From: Heterodontus francisci
Lineage: Eukaryota
Length of the DNA: 64,000 bases
Reading direction: 5' to 3'
NCBI RefSeq assembly: GCF_036365525.1
Contig: NC_090404.1
Location: 11,312,550-11,376,549, forward strand
The translations under genes were made by a program, and so were the position numbers. The stretch's first letter is position 1. Each line of letters opens with the position of its first letter. Of the stretch, positions 62,623 to 64,000 are shown in pieces. The notes under the pieces are model-generated. The model did not search any database and was not told where the DNA came from. It saw only the letters and a program-made list of their open reading frames with translations.

Positions 62623-63162
62623 TGTTTTTGTACGAGGCTCCCTCTGGGTCCTGTCACTGTGTCTCTCAGCCCGCAGTAATACATCGTGCTGTCAGACAGC
62701 CGCAGGTCGCGGATGGTGAAATTCCCCTCACTTTTCGAAGTGTCGACAGATGCAGAAAATCGATCCTCCACACTCTCTGCTCTGTAGTTGGGGATGCAGA
62801 TGAGGAATGTGGGGCCTTTATCCCGGTCCTGACGGTACAGTTGTAAGGAATAGGAAGTAGCAGTGGTCGAATAGCTGTAATTAATGGTCAGCGAGTCTCC
62901 TTCAAACTGCATCACTGTAACCGGCCCCTGTGAGACCGAGACTGCACCACTAACACCTGCAGAAATTTAGAAATACAGAACTTTAAGGTTCTGTTATCAT
63001 TTAAATTCTAACTAAAATCATCAGGCAACTGAATACATTTTAAATCGAAATCACAATTAAAAGGCGAATGATGCCTGAAAGAGGAAGATTGTGTAACTTG
63101 TAAACTTTACCCGTTAAGAGAGCTGCAGCTGTGAGGAACGAATACAAAGCAACAAGCAACAT
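62623..63162 (-). CDS. TCR alpha/delta-like V gene V1, copy 3, with 23-RSS (62661-62623)
   Basis: Duplicate of copy 2; one substitution noticed at 62941, in FR1 (D codon changed to V). Confidence 0.85.
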
Positions 63163-63246
63163 GTTTGCAGAGAGTTGATGGCGGATTTGAACAGAACTGG
63201 TGGAATCTGAAATTGTTTCAGTCAAGAGTTGGGAAGACGTTCATTC

Positions 63247-63379
63247 ACTTCCGGTCTCTCTACCGATTGGTTCATTCCTGAAACAGTCAATAGATGACGG
63301 CCAATCAGTTCAAGATCTTTTGTTCTCAAAGTTATCCAATCAGCTCACGGGTTCTTTGCTCTCCAATTTCATGACGTCA
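63247..63379 (-). promoter_or_regulatory. Candidate V1 promoter (ETS/CCAAT/CRE), copy 3
   Basis: Duplicate of 9693-9825. Confidence 0.65.
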
Positions 63380-63607
63380 GAGCGGGAAGCGGAAAATGAG
63401 TGAAATTGTTCCCCTGACAATAGGGAACTGGACGAGAATTAAACTCAGTGTTGGCCTTTAACAGTTTTGGTCAGTCTGTGACTGACACAGCATCTGCAAT
63501 ACACAAATGTGTCATTCGGCCAAACTGGTCTTTCATTTGGTTCCCGTCCAACTATCTGTTAACAATGCAGGTCCCAGATATGATTCAGTGTGAGTAGGTC
63601 CTTTTAT

Positions 63608-63950
63608 GGTTTTAGTATGGACTGATTGCCCCTCTGGAACAGTGTGGGGTTCAGTGCAAAGTGCTGCACGGCAGAGTCAGAAACAAGTGCCTGGCAACTT
63701 TTAACGGAACATTTTTCTTTCCTTTTACCAAAACTGCAGAGAATCGATCCGGGAAATCGTGCGACATCTTCCTGCCCCATGCTGTATTTCCTCAGTAAAT
63801 ATCTCGGAGCTTCAGCGGGATACTAGATGTACCAGAAGAGGTAGGGAGTGTTCCTTGATGTGGAGTAACTGCAGTTCACTATTGTAGTCGGTCCTTCTTG
63901 AACGGTTAATTCAGGTGCAGTCTGGGACACGAAGTCTCTTCCATTCGTTC
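63608..63950 (-). pseudogene. V2 pseudogene, copy 3 (V exon and RSS; leader lies beyond the window)
   Basis: Duplicate of 10054-10396. Confidence 0.88.
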
Positions 63951-64000
63951 CTGTAGCATAAACACACAAGGTGTCAAAGTTTTATGAGTAATTATAACCC

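Larger units (their letters stand above)
36277..63053. repeat. Segmental tandem duplication, unit 2 (26,777 bp)
   Basis: Near-identical to 9500-36276. Confidence 0.97.
63054..64000. repeat. Start of segmental tandem duplication unit 3
   Basis: Matches 36277-37223. Confidence 0.95.

Overview
Vertebrate genomic DNA, almost certainly from a cartilaginous fish (HE1/V-SINE-type SINEs, CR1 and RTE LINEs, a VNAR-like variable gene). It is part of a T-cell receptor alpha/delta-type variable region, or an orphon copy of one. From about 9.5 kb onward the window is a near-perfect tandem repeat with a 26,777-bp period (two full units plus the start of a third); the first ~9.5 kb is an older, diverged paralog of the second half of that unit. 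Each unit carries: one open but non-canonical TCR-alpha/delta-like V gene with a perfect 23-RSS and CRE promoter; four or more V pseudogenes in both orientations; a complete but inactivated VNAR-like (NAR-TCR-type) leader-V(22RSS)-(12RSS)D(12RSS)-(23RSS)J cassette with no visible supporting V-delta or constant exon; a minisatellite whose unit resembles an RSS; and an intact 13-finger C2H2 zinc-finger gene. The rest is LINE/SINE debris and satellites. Most V, D and J segments are missed by the ORF track and were translated by hand, so repeat boundaries are approximate.
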